Both the position numbers and the translations under genes were made by a program. A stretch of DNA of 64,000 bases from Cetorhinus maximus (Eukaryota): the NCBI RefSeq assembly GCF_964194155.1, contig NC_135886.1:31868001-31932000 (forward strand), written 5' to 3'. The notes below the pieces were generated by a model, which saw nothing but the letters and a program-made list of their open reading frames with translations, was not told the DNA's origin and did no database searches. Positions 63,986 to 64,000 of the stretch are shown here, in pieces; the first letter of the stretch is position 1, and each line of letters begins with the position of its first letter.

Positions 63986-64000
63986 AATCTTCTGATATGA

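Larger units (their letters stand above)
22013..64000 (+). other. GRM4 intron (>42 kb, continues beyond window)
   Basis: GT donor at 22013. The expected next exon (IPQISYAS...) was not seen in the ORF track or the sequence. Confidence 0.75.

Overview
This is eukaryotic, repeat-rich vertebrate DNA. The repeat mix (CR1, L2, RTE, Vingi-like LINEs, a Deu-type SINE, Penelope-like ends, many PIF/Harbinger elements) suggests a cartilaginous fish; this is inference. The only host coding sequence found is the first coding exon of metabotropic glutamate receptor 4 (GRM4, + strand; exon ~21012-22012, CDS 21491-22012). The following intron runs >42 kb to the window end. The rest is mostly decayed transposable elements. 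A PIF/Harbinger set stands out: one near-complete two-gene element (HARBI1-like DDE transposase on +, convergent spliced Myb/SANT partner on -, ~41.6-46.8 kb), several older or deleted copies, and a series of MITEs with GGG(C/T)-starting TIRs and varied 3-bp TSDs. There is also a hAT/Charlie-type element with a perfect 8-bp TSD, a SINE sharing its 3' tail with a neighbouring LINE, a strong CTCF motif, a uORF-rich GRM4 leader and a ~71-bp minisatellite. No prokaryotic features are present. I found no convincing wholly new biological system; the best leads are the Harbinger family, the Vingi-like LINE and the GRM4 leader. Boundaries of old repeats are approximate and were read by eye.
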